A stretch of DNA of 57,870 nucleotides, counting the filler, from Sphacelaria rigidula (lineage: Eukaryota), in assembly GCA_964200075.2 (NCBI GenBank). It is 9 parts of 9 records of this genome, joined end to end, with 100 filler letters (N's around TTAATTAATTAA, not from the genome) between each part and the next. Parts side by side here need not be neighbours in the genome. Positions count along the whole stretch, not along the records: positions 32,208 to 38,548 come from CAXNAA020020663.1; positions 38,649 to 44,989 come from CAXNAA020020664.1; positions 45,090 to 51,430 come from CAXNAA020020665.1; 6 more parts are not named here. One strand, written 5' to 3'. The position numbers were made by a program, and so were the translations under genes. This document shows positions 37,221-47,795 of this stretch, one piece after another; position 1 is the stretch's first letter; each line of letters starts with the position of its first letter. Below the pieces are notes generated by a model. It worked only from the letters and a program-made list of their open reading frames with translations. It ran no database searches and was not told the origin of the DNA.

Positions 37221-37439
37221 GTCGTCGGGAATCGGTTAGTATGTATAAGATACTCATCAACCAACCAATCAATCGATCAATCGATCGATCGACTACAGGT
37301 GTCCAAGTGGCAATCTGTGTCCGCGACATACAATGACGATATGCTTCTTCGAACTAACCCAATGAGTGAGTCCTCTTTGATGGGGTATGGAGGCACATCG
37401 GCAACATACCTTCCTTGCCTTCGATGTTTCGGCTGTTTT

Positions 37440-38390
37440 AACACGGGATTTTACAAATTGAGGATGTATCGTAGATTGGGAATGAGAACCCGAAAAATTA
37501 AAATCTTCGTATCCACACCAAAGCTTCGAAACATGGTCCCATTTCTTCACTTAACACGGGATCTTACAAATTGAGGATGAGAAACCCGGAGGATTCAAAT
37601 CTTCGTATCCACACCAAAGCTTCGAAACATGGTCCCATTTCTTCACTCAACACGGGATCTTATAAATTGGGGATGGATCTTTGATTGGGGATGAGAAACC
37701 CGGAGGATTCAAATCTTCGTATCCACACCAAATCTTCGAAATATGATTTCATTTCTTCACCTACTGATAGCTATTGCCAACTGCCACACGCCATAGACAT
37801 TTGGATTTCGTTCACCGAAGTGTTGGGGTCCTAGTTGAAAAAAAAAATGGAACCATTTTGGCGTCCGTTCGGACACCTGAAATTCCCCAAAACTGGTTTT
37901 CACCTAGGCCCCAACATGTCGGTGATCGAAATCCAAATTTCTATGGCGTGTGGCAGTTGTCAAAAGCTATCAGTAGGTGAAGAAATGGAACCATATTTCG
38001 AAGATTTGGTGTGAATACGAACATTTTAACTCTCCGGGTTTCCCGTCCCCAATTTGTAAGACCCCGTGTTACTTGCCGGTAGCTATTGATAACTACTACA
38101 CGCCATACAAATTTAGATTTCAATAATCGAAATTTCGGACTTCTAGGTGAAAAACCAATTTTGGGCGACTTTAGGTGACCGATCGGACGTCAAAAGTAGT
38201 TCTTCACCTAGGACCCCGACATTTCGGTTATCGAAATCCAAATTTGTATGGCGTGTAGTAGTTGTCAATAGCTACCAGCAAGTGAAGAAATGGAACCATA
38301 TTTCGAAGATTTGGTGCGGATGCGAAGATTTCAATTCTCCGGGTTCTCATCCCCAATAAATAATCTGTCCCCAAGTTGTAAAATACTGTG
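37440..38390. repeat. Modular foldback element: A-A-A-B-B'-A'-B-B'-A'
   Basis: A (~110 bp; aacacgggat..atccacaccaaa..atttcttcac) starts at about 37441, 37553 and 37649 and is inverted at 37978-38070 and 38282-38385. B (ctactgatagctattg..tagttgaaaa) lies at 37761 and 38072 and is inverted at 37897-37977 and 38201-38281. Confidence 0.85.
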
Positions 38391-38506
38391 TTTTTCGCCT
38401 CTTGTTTATTCCATTTGAGTCCGTCTATCTTGTCATATTTTCTGTTGTTCCCTTTTTCAAGTCTACTGTTTCGAGTGATTCCGTTTTGTTCTCCTTGAGT
38501 GCGTCT

Positions 38507-38548
38507 AACAGTGTTTTCGTGAGATTGAGAGTAGATGATACGATTGAG
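38507..38548. mobile_element. AACA-family TIR truncated by contig end
   Basis: aacagtgttttcgtgagattgagagtagatgatacgattgag is identical to the start of 44176. Confidence 0.9.
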
Positions 38549-39097
38549 NNNNNNNNNNNNNNNNNNNNNNNNNNNNNNNNNNNNNNNNNNNNTTAATTAA
38601 TTAANNNNNNNNNNNNNNNNNNNNNNNNNNNNNNNNNNNNNNNNNNNNCTCTGAAGCGGCACACTGCCCCCAAGGGAAGACAGGCGACAACTCCAACCAT
38701 TGCGCCCACACATTCGGCTCTTTTCCCGCTCATTTGCCCTTCACGAACGCCACAACGACCACACCACTTTCTCCCCGGAAATAGTTCCTGAGTGTCTCCG
38801 CATCAACACAAGAACTGGACTCACAACTCACGACGCGTCGGTCTTTTGGGCTTGCGGAGTGTTCTGTATAACCGTGCCGTTGCGATCTGGGGCTGGTGCC
38901 AGCGTGCCGTCAGCGTGCCGTCACCAGGACAGGAACGGTTATCACATAATCGATGGTTGGTACATATAAGGAACGGATACGAACCGTCACGCATGTGTAA
39001 ATATAGAGACAGCACAGGCACTGATACTGTTTAGCGACAAAGAGCCACATGCGCCCGGCAGAAGCACACGCACTCAGAACCATAATCTACCTCAATC

Positions 39098-42000
39098 GTG
39101 AGTGAGAATCACCGACGACGAGTGAGAAGCTCGGAGAGTGTCCTCACCCTGAGGTCTGGTGCCGCGGCTGCTGATGGGCCCCCGCGTTCGAAGGCGGCGA
39201 AGGTGGTTCGGGGTGATATATACGCCTCAAAACCAAGTCTGACCAAGGCGGTCACTCAGATGTTGCTTTCCGAGGGTAGAACGGTGAAAATAGGCAACGA
39301 CGGTAGCAGACAGGCCGTTCATCGCTGCCAGGGTCAGGTCGTAGACGATAACAAGACTGAGATCGGATGCATGTTCCGTATCAACGGCTGCAAACGCGGC
39401 AAGACTGGCGAGTGGAACGTGACTTTCGTGAGTAACGAACACCTCAACTGCTCGGGCGCGAGAGGCAAACGCGGTCCGGGCGCTGCCATTGTGGAAGATG
39501 TGGGCACCGCCATTGTGGCTAACAACCCCACCGTTAGCGCGCGGGCACTGAGGAACATCATAAAGGCCCAGACGGGGGTCACTTTGAGTCGACGGACATT
39601 CATTCGAGTGAAGTGCGCGGCGGTGACCAACACCAACCTGGACAGTCGGGAAGGCTTCGCTGTGCTCGGGTCCTACCCGTGACTGATTGCTCAGGATTGC
39701 ACCGGTTCCGTGACTGATGTCGAGGTTAGTATGCGTAGCCTTTGTTGTTGCTGTTGTTGCTGTTGTTGTCCTCACATTGAAAACCGTTCCGATATCTGCG
39801 CGGTAAATTCGTACTGGGCATCTGATGCGGACGCCTTCTGTGGTCACAGCCTAGCAAAAAACCAAGAAACAAAGTAGACCCAGATTTGTAGAACAGTCGA
39901 TGCAACTAATAGTAGTGAGCATGGGTATGATTGTAGATCGTATGGTATATATCGTCCAAAGTATTTCGCGTGGCGGATGGCTTCGAGGTGGGAGACGCGA
40001 ACCTGTTTTTTTTCGGGTGTTCGACATGAAACCATACCCACTGTTATGTAGCGACGGAGGCGCATATGCGCGAAACATCGAGCGTTGTGCACGTCGTACA
40101 GACAGTTGAAACAGACAACAAAAACAATGCAACGGTACCCGTAGAGATGTGGAGATGAGCTGCGGAAACATTTCAAGGCTTTGCACGTCACACGTTCACG
40201 TTTGAATTCTTACATAAAAGTTGAGCCAGCTCGGACTACAGTGAGACGGCACGTGACTTGATATATGCATGCACCACCACCTTCTCCCCCCACACCACAA
40301 CCCTGGGAGAACCGGACTCTGGTTAGGCGTGAGAGGTATCCGTTTTTTAGGGGAGAGTACCCGCGATCATGCACTGGATAATGGCGACAGTAATTACCGC
40401 ACTGTGTACAAGCGAGGTTCTGTTCATCTCTGTACAGAGGTAAAAAATGAATAGAAGAAGTTTTCGAGAACCTGATTGTATTCCTCGACTGCCAATGGAG
40501 GGGGAAGGGGGGGGGGGGGGGGGGGTGATACACCAGAAACAAATATGGAGAGGGGGAGGGAGGAGGAATGGNNNNNNNNNNAAGATAAAACAAATATATC
40601 ATGATTGTGCAAGACTTTTTTGTCTTCTCGCGCTGCTGTGTGGGGGGGGGGGGGGGGGGGGGGGGGGGGGAGTTGCTATCGGCAACGCTCATTGGCGGTT
40701 GTTGCGGGTCATCGCAGGCCACGTGAGCTCATTTACAGTTAGTACACCAATTTTCTGATGCGGTCGTGACCGGATACATAGCCATAACTGTCGCTCAGCT
40801 GCGCATCTTATCGTATCCCGCAAGCGTGAAAATCGACGATACTTCAAGGGTAGAGCAATACATCCAATACTGTACGGCAAGCACCGTTTCGTGTTCGGCG
40901 GCGTCCCCATACGCCCATAGTGAAATATCTCCGTCCTCGATATGTCTGCGCGAACTCTCGGCGTTGGAACATTATCCGAGCACGGTGACACGAACTGGAG
41001 TCACCCGTGTTACGTGCTCCAACAAAAATGTAGTCGTTATGCGCCAGACCCTGACATGTCGCCCCCGTCGTTGTCTGTTTTACCTACCCGGCTCTCGCAG
41101 TGGGACACCGAAGGACGCTTCAAACGCCTCTTCGTCATGCTCGGGCAGTCGGTGAACGTGGCCGTGAAAAGTTCTCAAGAGGTGATTCAGCTGTATTTTT
41201 CGGTGTCGTAGATGATGCGCCAGCGCCCGAGAGACCGAAGGCGTGACTTTTAGACCTTGAGCCATAATACGCAGGAAATCTCCCCGCCGGGGGGTGCGTT
41301 CTTCTGCACCGTATACAAGGTATACCTAGTGCAGGTCGCGTACGGTGGTACGGTAAGTAAATTTCAACACTTGGATGAAAACACGGGTATCTACTTTACC
41401 CAAGACTTCTATATACGGTTCGGGTACATGTCGTATGTGCCTCAAATACTAGACCCTAGTTTGACGTGGACTGGGTACCGCCTCACATGCTGTACCTGAA
41501 TATTGACTGAGCACTCTCAGCAAAATCTCTGGGTAGAGGACCACGTGGGGATGATATCAACACTGTACTTAAACAGGGTAAACAATAACGCACGATCTAA
41601 AAATCCAACCCGATGTTGGGGTAGATTGTATGCGAGCTAAAATATTCTACCTAACTCTTGTGTATGTTGGGTGCGACCTCAAATACTCTCCCAAGATTTA
41701 GGGCGTGTTGGATGCGAACTCTAATTCTCGGCCGAAATATTGGGAAAGCACTTTGAGCAACAAGTGCGCATTGATCACTCGGATATGAACTCAACACTCT
41801 GCCCAAATTTGTGCTCGAAACGTGGTATTCGCGCGGTAACGTTCCGTGCCTGAAGTGGTCCACTGACGCGGGCACCACGTGCCATGACTAACTGACCGTA
41901 ACAGTGATCGAATACGACGGGGGGTTGCGAATACCACCGGGGGCCATTACCACGTGTATGGGACCGCACTGTTCCCTCCTCCTTTTCTTTGGGCGAAAAT

Positions 42001-43716
42001 TGACAGGTTTTCTGCATGGACTGCGCTCACCTGAAGGGCACATGGAACGGAATTTACTGTCTGCTCACCGTGAAAGACGCAGACAACAAGGTGGTCGTCG
42101 TATGCCTGATGGTGCGTGCGGCATCTGGCGAACAACATATCACCGCCGCTGGGATCGGTGCGTCAAGGATATAATACGGTTCGATTGATTGGCGTCACTT
42201 CGCAAGTCGTGGGGCTAATGTACGCATAGGTGCTGGGGCAGGGGGCGGGCGTGTAGAGCCGGATATGTGCGAGTGTGTGTGCCGGGGAGGGGGGGAGGGG
42301 GGGGGGGGGGTACTCATGATTATGCATGCCTCGAGAGAATCAATCAATCGATCAATTATGCCATAGTCATAAGACCATTGACCTCGCATCCCTAATCTCA
42401 ACATGAGAAATAGTGGCCGACATGATGCTCTGTTGTCGCCCGTCACGATGCATTGCTCATCTCGCGATCCCCGTCCGCATGCATGTGATGCTGTCCTTGC
42501 CAGACTAATTTCGGGCACATATTCAACGCAGGAAGAGCCCCGACCGAGGCGTCTAGCACGTATTTCCTGGACAAGGTGAAGGCCGACAAACCCCACGCAT
42601 ACGAGAAGTGGATGAGAATCGACCCCACGTTATGGGCGTACCACACACGCCGTGACAATCGTGTGTGGGACCAGATAACGACAAACATGGTGGAGAGCTG
42701 CAACAACATGATTGGAGCCGCGGTAAGGATCCGAGTAAAAATGTCTACGCGCTAGGCGCATACTGCGTGCGGTCGGTGTGGTGACCGCCCGCCGTCCGTC
42801 CATCGCGTCTTGTTTTGTAGCTGTCGACAAGTATTATGGAATGCGCGAAGTCGGGGCCCCGATGCCGTGAGAAATGGCCACATGAGCGCCAGCGGTTTGC
42901 CACGATTGATATTTCGGTGGTACGCCCTTTGTCGCGCAGGTCACGAGCAAACCGTGTAATCCACAGTAAGCAGCGAACAGTCACGACCTTGTGCGCCTGT
43001 TATCTTTTCTAGGCAGCTGCACCGGCCTCAAATCTTCTTCATCGGAAGGACCTACGTCTAGGATGAATTTCAAACTACAACTGTCGTTCCCACTTCTTCC
43101 TCTGTGCGCGATGTCCAGTTGCGGGAGCGGCCAGTGTTCGACTTCACCAAGGGTGTGGTGGAGATAGTGGCGGAAAAGTTGCACGAGGTCGCACAACTCA
43201 AGAAGGGAACCCGTCAGGTGTTTACACATTGGCTGGACGAAGTCCGAGATCGCGAGCTTTCATGGTCTAAAGGCTAACTCAAGTGACTCCACTGCATATT
43301 ACACTGTACACCATTTCAGCGTAACACAAATGTAGTCACTGTCGGCGCTCAGTTGTGATGGCCACGACCGTGCCGCGGTCGTGCATGATGGTCTCGTGGT
43401 CTATTGTCGATGATTTATAGGTATATCCTACGTGGTTGCCGCTGGCTTATCCAAACCTTCGTCACCATATTTCCACATGAACTACATCTTCGCCATTCGA
43501 CGACACCCTTGCCTCTCCATGTTGCGACATACAGGCTGTTGGTGAAGACGTCTTCTGAAGGCGAGTACACGGTAGCCATGAAGACGAACCCCAGGATGAA
43601 AAATCAGGTGACACTGGAGTGGGGTTCCACGGGCCAGCCTGTCAAGATGGAGTGCGGCTCCGGATATGTGCCCAGATGGGGGTTGCCTTGCCGCCACGTG
43701 TTGGCAGTCTGCGAGT
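39098..43716 (+). pseudogene. Intron-containing Mutator/MULE transposase (exons ~39098-39724, 41101-~41181, 42007-42111, 42532-42722, 43119-43217, 43535-43716)
   Basis: WRKY/GCM1-like zinc domain RC..GCMFRING..WNV..EHLNC; WDTEGRFKRLFVML; catalytic D1 block VFCMDCAHLKGTWNGIYCLLTVKDADNKVV; catalytic E block DQITTNMVESCNNMI; LRERPVFDF; SWIM finger ECGS..GLPCRHVLAV. Internal exons have AG/GT boundaries. There is an in-frame TGA at 39680-39682, and the D2/CxxH exon was not found. Confidence 0.88.
42285..42400 (-). mobile_element. Short LINE-related 3' end with C-rich tail, inside a MULE intron
   Basis: ggggtactcatga..gccatagtcat.agaccattgacctcgcatccc matches 51374-51430 and resembles 32602-32656. 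Confidence 0.6.
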
Positions 43717-44175
43717 GTGAGTAACATGTGTCGTTGGAACATTGTCGACGATGCCTTATCGCAGAGACAAATCAAAGCGGGGCGGGAATTGTACCGCAAC
43801 TGAACAGAAAAATGCTCTCATCGAGTCGCTATTGTACGTACATGAAAAGAAAATGAAAAATCAGCTGCAGCGCATGAAGCTGACCTCCGGCATGGAATAT
43901 GCCACGAGCCTCGCCCTCGATTACATGTCCAGCGCTGTCTCCACCCGCACAGCTCCCGTTCTTCATGGGTGCTGTGTAAGTTTCGCATTGACGCGTCGTC
44001 ACGCTTGTGTCGGTGTCTACAAGATTTGCAGTCACACATTGCACCTATTGTTGTGCGCGTGTATGCAAACTTCTCCAACATGTCCTAGTTTTGCACCAAG
44101 GATGACAGCTTAACTTCGAACATAATCCCACCTTTGTAACATAAGAAGTAAATCGTTTTTGTGAAAAGCGCAAGT

Positions 44176-44475
44176 AACAGTGTTTTCGTGAGATTGAGAG
44201 TAGATGATACGATTGAGAGTGAAAAGCGGTCAATTAGTGACAGAATCGTTTCAGTTCCGAAATGCCCCTCCCCGAGGCCCAATATGCTTACCGTAGTAGC
44301 TTGCCACTGAGGCTTTTGATATCCCTGAGCAGGATATCGACGTGTAGCTGTAAGCACACGCCAGTGGTGGACACAAAGAAAGGCACACACGGAATGAAAA
44401 ATTGGCTAAGTTACACCGAATCATCAAAGCCACTCTCAATCAGCGCTCTTCTTTCAATCTCACGAAAACGTTGTT
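44176..44475. mobile_element. Complete 300-bp MITE of the AACA-TIR family
   Basis: The left end aacagtgttttcgtgagattgagagtagatgatacgattgagagtg and the right end cactctcaatcagcgctcttctttcaatctcacgaaaacgttgtt form ~45-bp imperfect TIRs. There is no coding capacity. Confidence 0.88.
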
Positions 44476-44921
44476 GAGTGTCGCGGGATTTCACCGAGCA
44501 CTGTAAAAGCGTAGTATCCATCTTACTATCTCATCTAGTCACATGTTCACTAGTGAATAGTAGCCTACGTGGTCACTTTGTCCCATGTTTCGGCCGAAGA
44601 GTTGCGATTTGCCGCGGGTTTGCAATGAAGACGTAGCATTGTGTACTACTGCGCGTGTTATCCTATATTTTATCCTTCACGCCGGTGTACACCTTGCGCT
44701 ATACGTGGGCGCATCGGCAGGGGTGACACAAGAGAAAAGTTGAAGTCCTGTTTTTTTTACCAGTGCCTGATTTTTATTCGCGATGTGTGTCCAACGGTCC
44801 CTTTCCCTTATCGACCGTGTTATCGAATTTTGTCTAGCCACGACATTGTCGCTCCCCATTGTTTGGCGATGTGTGACTAAAAATGACACCTGTTGCGACT
44901 ACACCGGACGGACCCACCAGG

Positions 44922-44989
44922 AACAAAATATTCGTGAGATTCAGAGTGTAGTTTCAGATTCAGAGTCAGGATTTCAAACGGAAGAACTG
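44922..44989. mobile_element. Divergent AACA-family TIR at contig end
   Basis: aacaaaatattcgtgagattcagagtgtagtttcagattcagagt keeps the doubled GATT.AGAGT motif. Confidence 0.6.
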
Positions 44990-45396
44990 NNNNNNNNNNN
45001 NNNNNNNNNNNNNNNNNNNNNNNNNNNNNNNNNTTAATTAATTAANNNNNNNNNNNNNNNNNNNNNNNNNNNNNNNNNNNNNNNNNNNNGTGCAAGACAG
45101 ATATGCCACTTCAGCCCCATATTTTGTTTGAACCCCAAAATATAAAATCGGCTGTTATATACCCATTGCTGCAGCGTTAATTTTTGCGGTCAAACATTTG
45201 CGAAACCTAAGAATAGGTTGCACTTCACCCTACCGCAGGCAGGTCGGAGTGACAGGTGGATTGCACTTTTTCCTCTTAAAGTACTCGATTCCCGGAGGGA
45301 ACAGCGTAGAAAGCTGACTGTCGGCACGGGAATTCCAACAAAGTGCAGGCTCAGAACGTTTGCGGTTTCAACTTCGTCCCATTTCCTCCTTATCAG

Positions 45397-46753
45397 GCTC
45401 GTCCACAGCGACACGGAGAACTGACCAGATCAGAATTTTCTCAAGCACTTAGGGAGATACCCCTACTTGTGGGCGGATGGGAGGCGCAAGCACTCATGGA
45501 TCGCTTCGAGTCAGACCATGGCGATCAAACCGTAAGACACTCTCCCACGCGAATAACGCCGTCCGTGCATCTGCCCGTTCATCCTTTTGACGGCGACGTA
45601 GTCGTCTATTTACAATGCAGCGTCGTTAATACTGGTCAGCATATATATATATATATACTCGCCGTCTAAGAGCTTCTTGACCTATCGATATTGTTGTGTG
45701 CTGATGTGGGGGGTCTCGAAGGCGTTTTCGTCCAGCAAGTGCCGCGTCCGGTGTGGAGGCCTTACCGACCGTAAGCTCGCGAAATATTTCATAGGGGGAA
45801 GGGTTTCTGTGGTTTGCATACGACGAGTTGGCCTGACAAAACCACGTATCACCGTCGATGAAACCGAACACCTACGATTCCAGATTAATTGGCGAGAGTT
45901 CGTATCCTTCATATCTGCACGAGAGGAAGCGGCACAGGAGCAGCAAGAAACCGGCAACGGCTACTCCAGGACCAGCCAGCAGGCACTGCCCTCGACTTCA
46001 TCCTCTCGCTCACGTCGTAAACCAAAAAATCGCAGTCATCCGCCATTTGATGACGTTGCCTCTTGGCCAGGCGGCAGCGGCGGCGGTCACTGGAAGAGCG
46101 CAAGACTCGATCGCAACAGCATTGCGTCTCAAGCTACTCATGGGACCCCCGAAGAATGGGTGAGAACGAGGGGTCATCCTATCAGAACCCAGGAAAGAAA
46201 TGGCGGCGGCGGCAGCGGCCTAAACGCACAACAGCGTTTCAGTGGGGGGCTATTTGAAGAAAATATCACCGCCAGCGCTGCTGCAACTATTAATACCAAT
46301 AGGGGGGGATCAAAGAGCAACGTAGGTGGGTTCGTGGTAGCGGATGACGTTCGGGCATCTACTGCTCCTTATTCTGAGCAAAGACGTTCACCGCTGAAGT
46401 TGAATCCACGTACACGAATGGGTCACATGATTTCCACTGCGCCGCCGCGGGGGTATGGAGCGAAACCCGCCGCGGAAACGCGATACGGAGGATCGCGGAG
46501 GAGGAGGGATGTGCGTACTATTTCGGGCCCAGATCCTGGCAGAGCGCGGACTCTTAATCCAGACACGGCGTCCGCACTGCGGGTCCTAGATGATTTATTG
46601 GATGACCAACGGGAATTGGAGACATTTTTGGTGGAGGAGTTTGCCCGAAGGGCCGAAGGGAGCAAGACGCTTGGTCATCGTGACGTGGACTCTGATTCGG
46701 AGGCGAGTAATGGTAGCAAGCGGCGATCACGTGGTCATGTTGGAGTTATATAG
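45397..46753 (+). CDS. EF-hand-containing protein, last two exons (45397-45531 and 45884-46753), 5' partial
   Basis: Phase-0 splice (tatcag|..ACC|gtaaga; ttccag|ATT) joins GELTRSEFSQALREI..EAQALMDRFESDHGDQT to INWREFVSFI, forming an EF-hand pair followed by a long low-complexity tail and TAG. Confidence 0.75.
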
Positions 46754-47795
46754 CATGAGTGAGGGACGCACGCGACGGGGGCTGTATTCCGAGTATCTTT
46801 GGCGACTACTGTACGGGTGCCTACTCTTGCAGATGATTCGCTGGGTGATCCACCAGAGATGGGGATGTCTTCTGGGGGAGAGGGAGGTTTTAAGCGGTGA
46901 ATTTCTCTGATGCAGGGATGGTTCAGGGCTATGGCTGTTGACTCCTGATGGCGCACGTGCGGGATGATGGTCTGCCACCGTGAGCTCGTCAAGGGGTTGT
47001 CTGCAAGTGTGTCTTGAAGCCAAGTTTCCGTATTTCGCCCGGAGTCGGACGATAGCTATTCATTGATGAAGTTACATTCTGCTGCTATTTTAATAGCGTC
47101 AGCGGTCGGTGCCATGTGCCGCGCTAGGGTGCGGTGCATGATCGATGGCATGAAGGTATGGTAGACAGCGGCAGCGGTCGGCCACCATATGTACCCCTTT
47201 CTGCAGGCTGCTGCGGAGCTTTGTGGTGCGTGATGTGGATCCAACATCGTTGACGAGCTCACACGAATCCGGCTTTGTGGACTTGTCACCGCGACTCGAG
47301 GTCGACCGGAAAGTGCTGAGACTTGTGTGCGCGTGGGCGATGGGCTGAACCACCCACTCCTACTCTGCAATACTCATGACAAAATCAATGAACTATTATA
47401 GTGCTCAAAAGCAAGAACCTCCCCGCGCCCTTCTTTGACACCAACGTGTTCCGTTCTGTCCGACCCTACCGCACGTGTCTATCTTGCACTACCAAGATAT
47501 TTTGATCTTCCAAGGATCCACGGTAAATCCCGCGACGACGTACCGGACGCAGGGGGGGTCCGAACACGATGTTTTTTGACGACGGCGGCGTCGGCACCCG
47601 CCAGGGGTGTGATCTTGGCAAAGTCATCTTTCATATTTGTCGGTCGACACGCATGTCACGGTGTGGGAACGTCGGCACTTCAGTGCATTCTCAGAGTGTT
47701 TACGGGCAGAAATCCGTCAAGCAACTTCCGTCCCTACTCCCCCTTGCACTCTGGTATAAGGTAGGATGGTCACTGGATAAAGACAGCGCACGCTG

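Noticed and set aside
41904..41940. VIEYDGG as the MULE first catalytic Asp
   Set aside because: The AG/GT-bounded exon 42007-42111 (MDCAHLKG..KDADNK) fits the motif far better.
45677..45883. N-terminal part of the 358-aa ORF
   Set aside because: It lies in the intron upstream of the acceptor at 45883. Splicing from 45531 restores the EF-hand.
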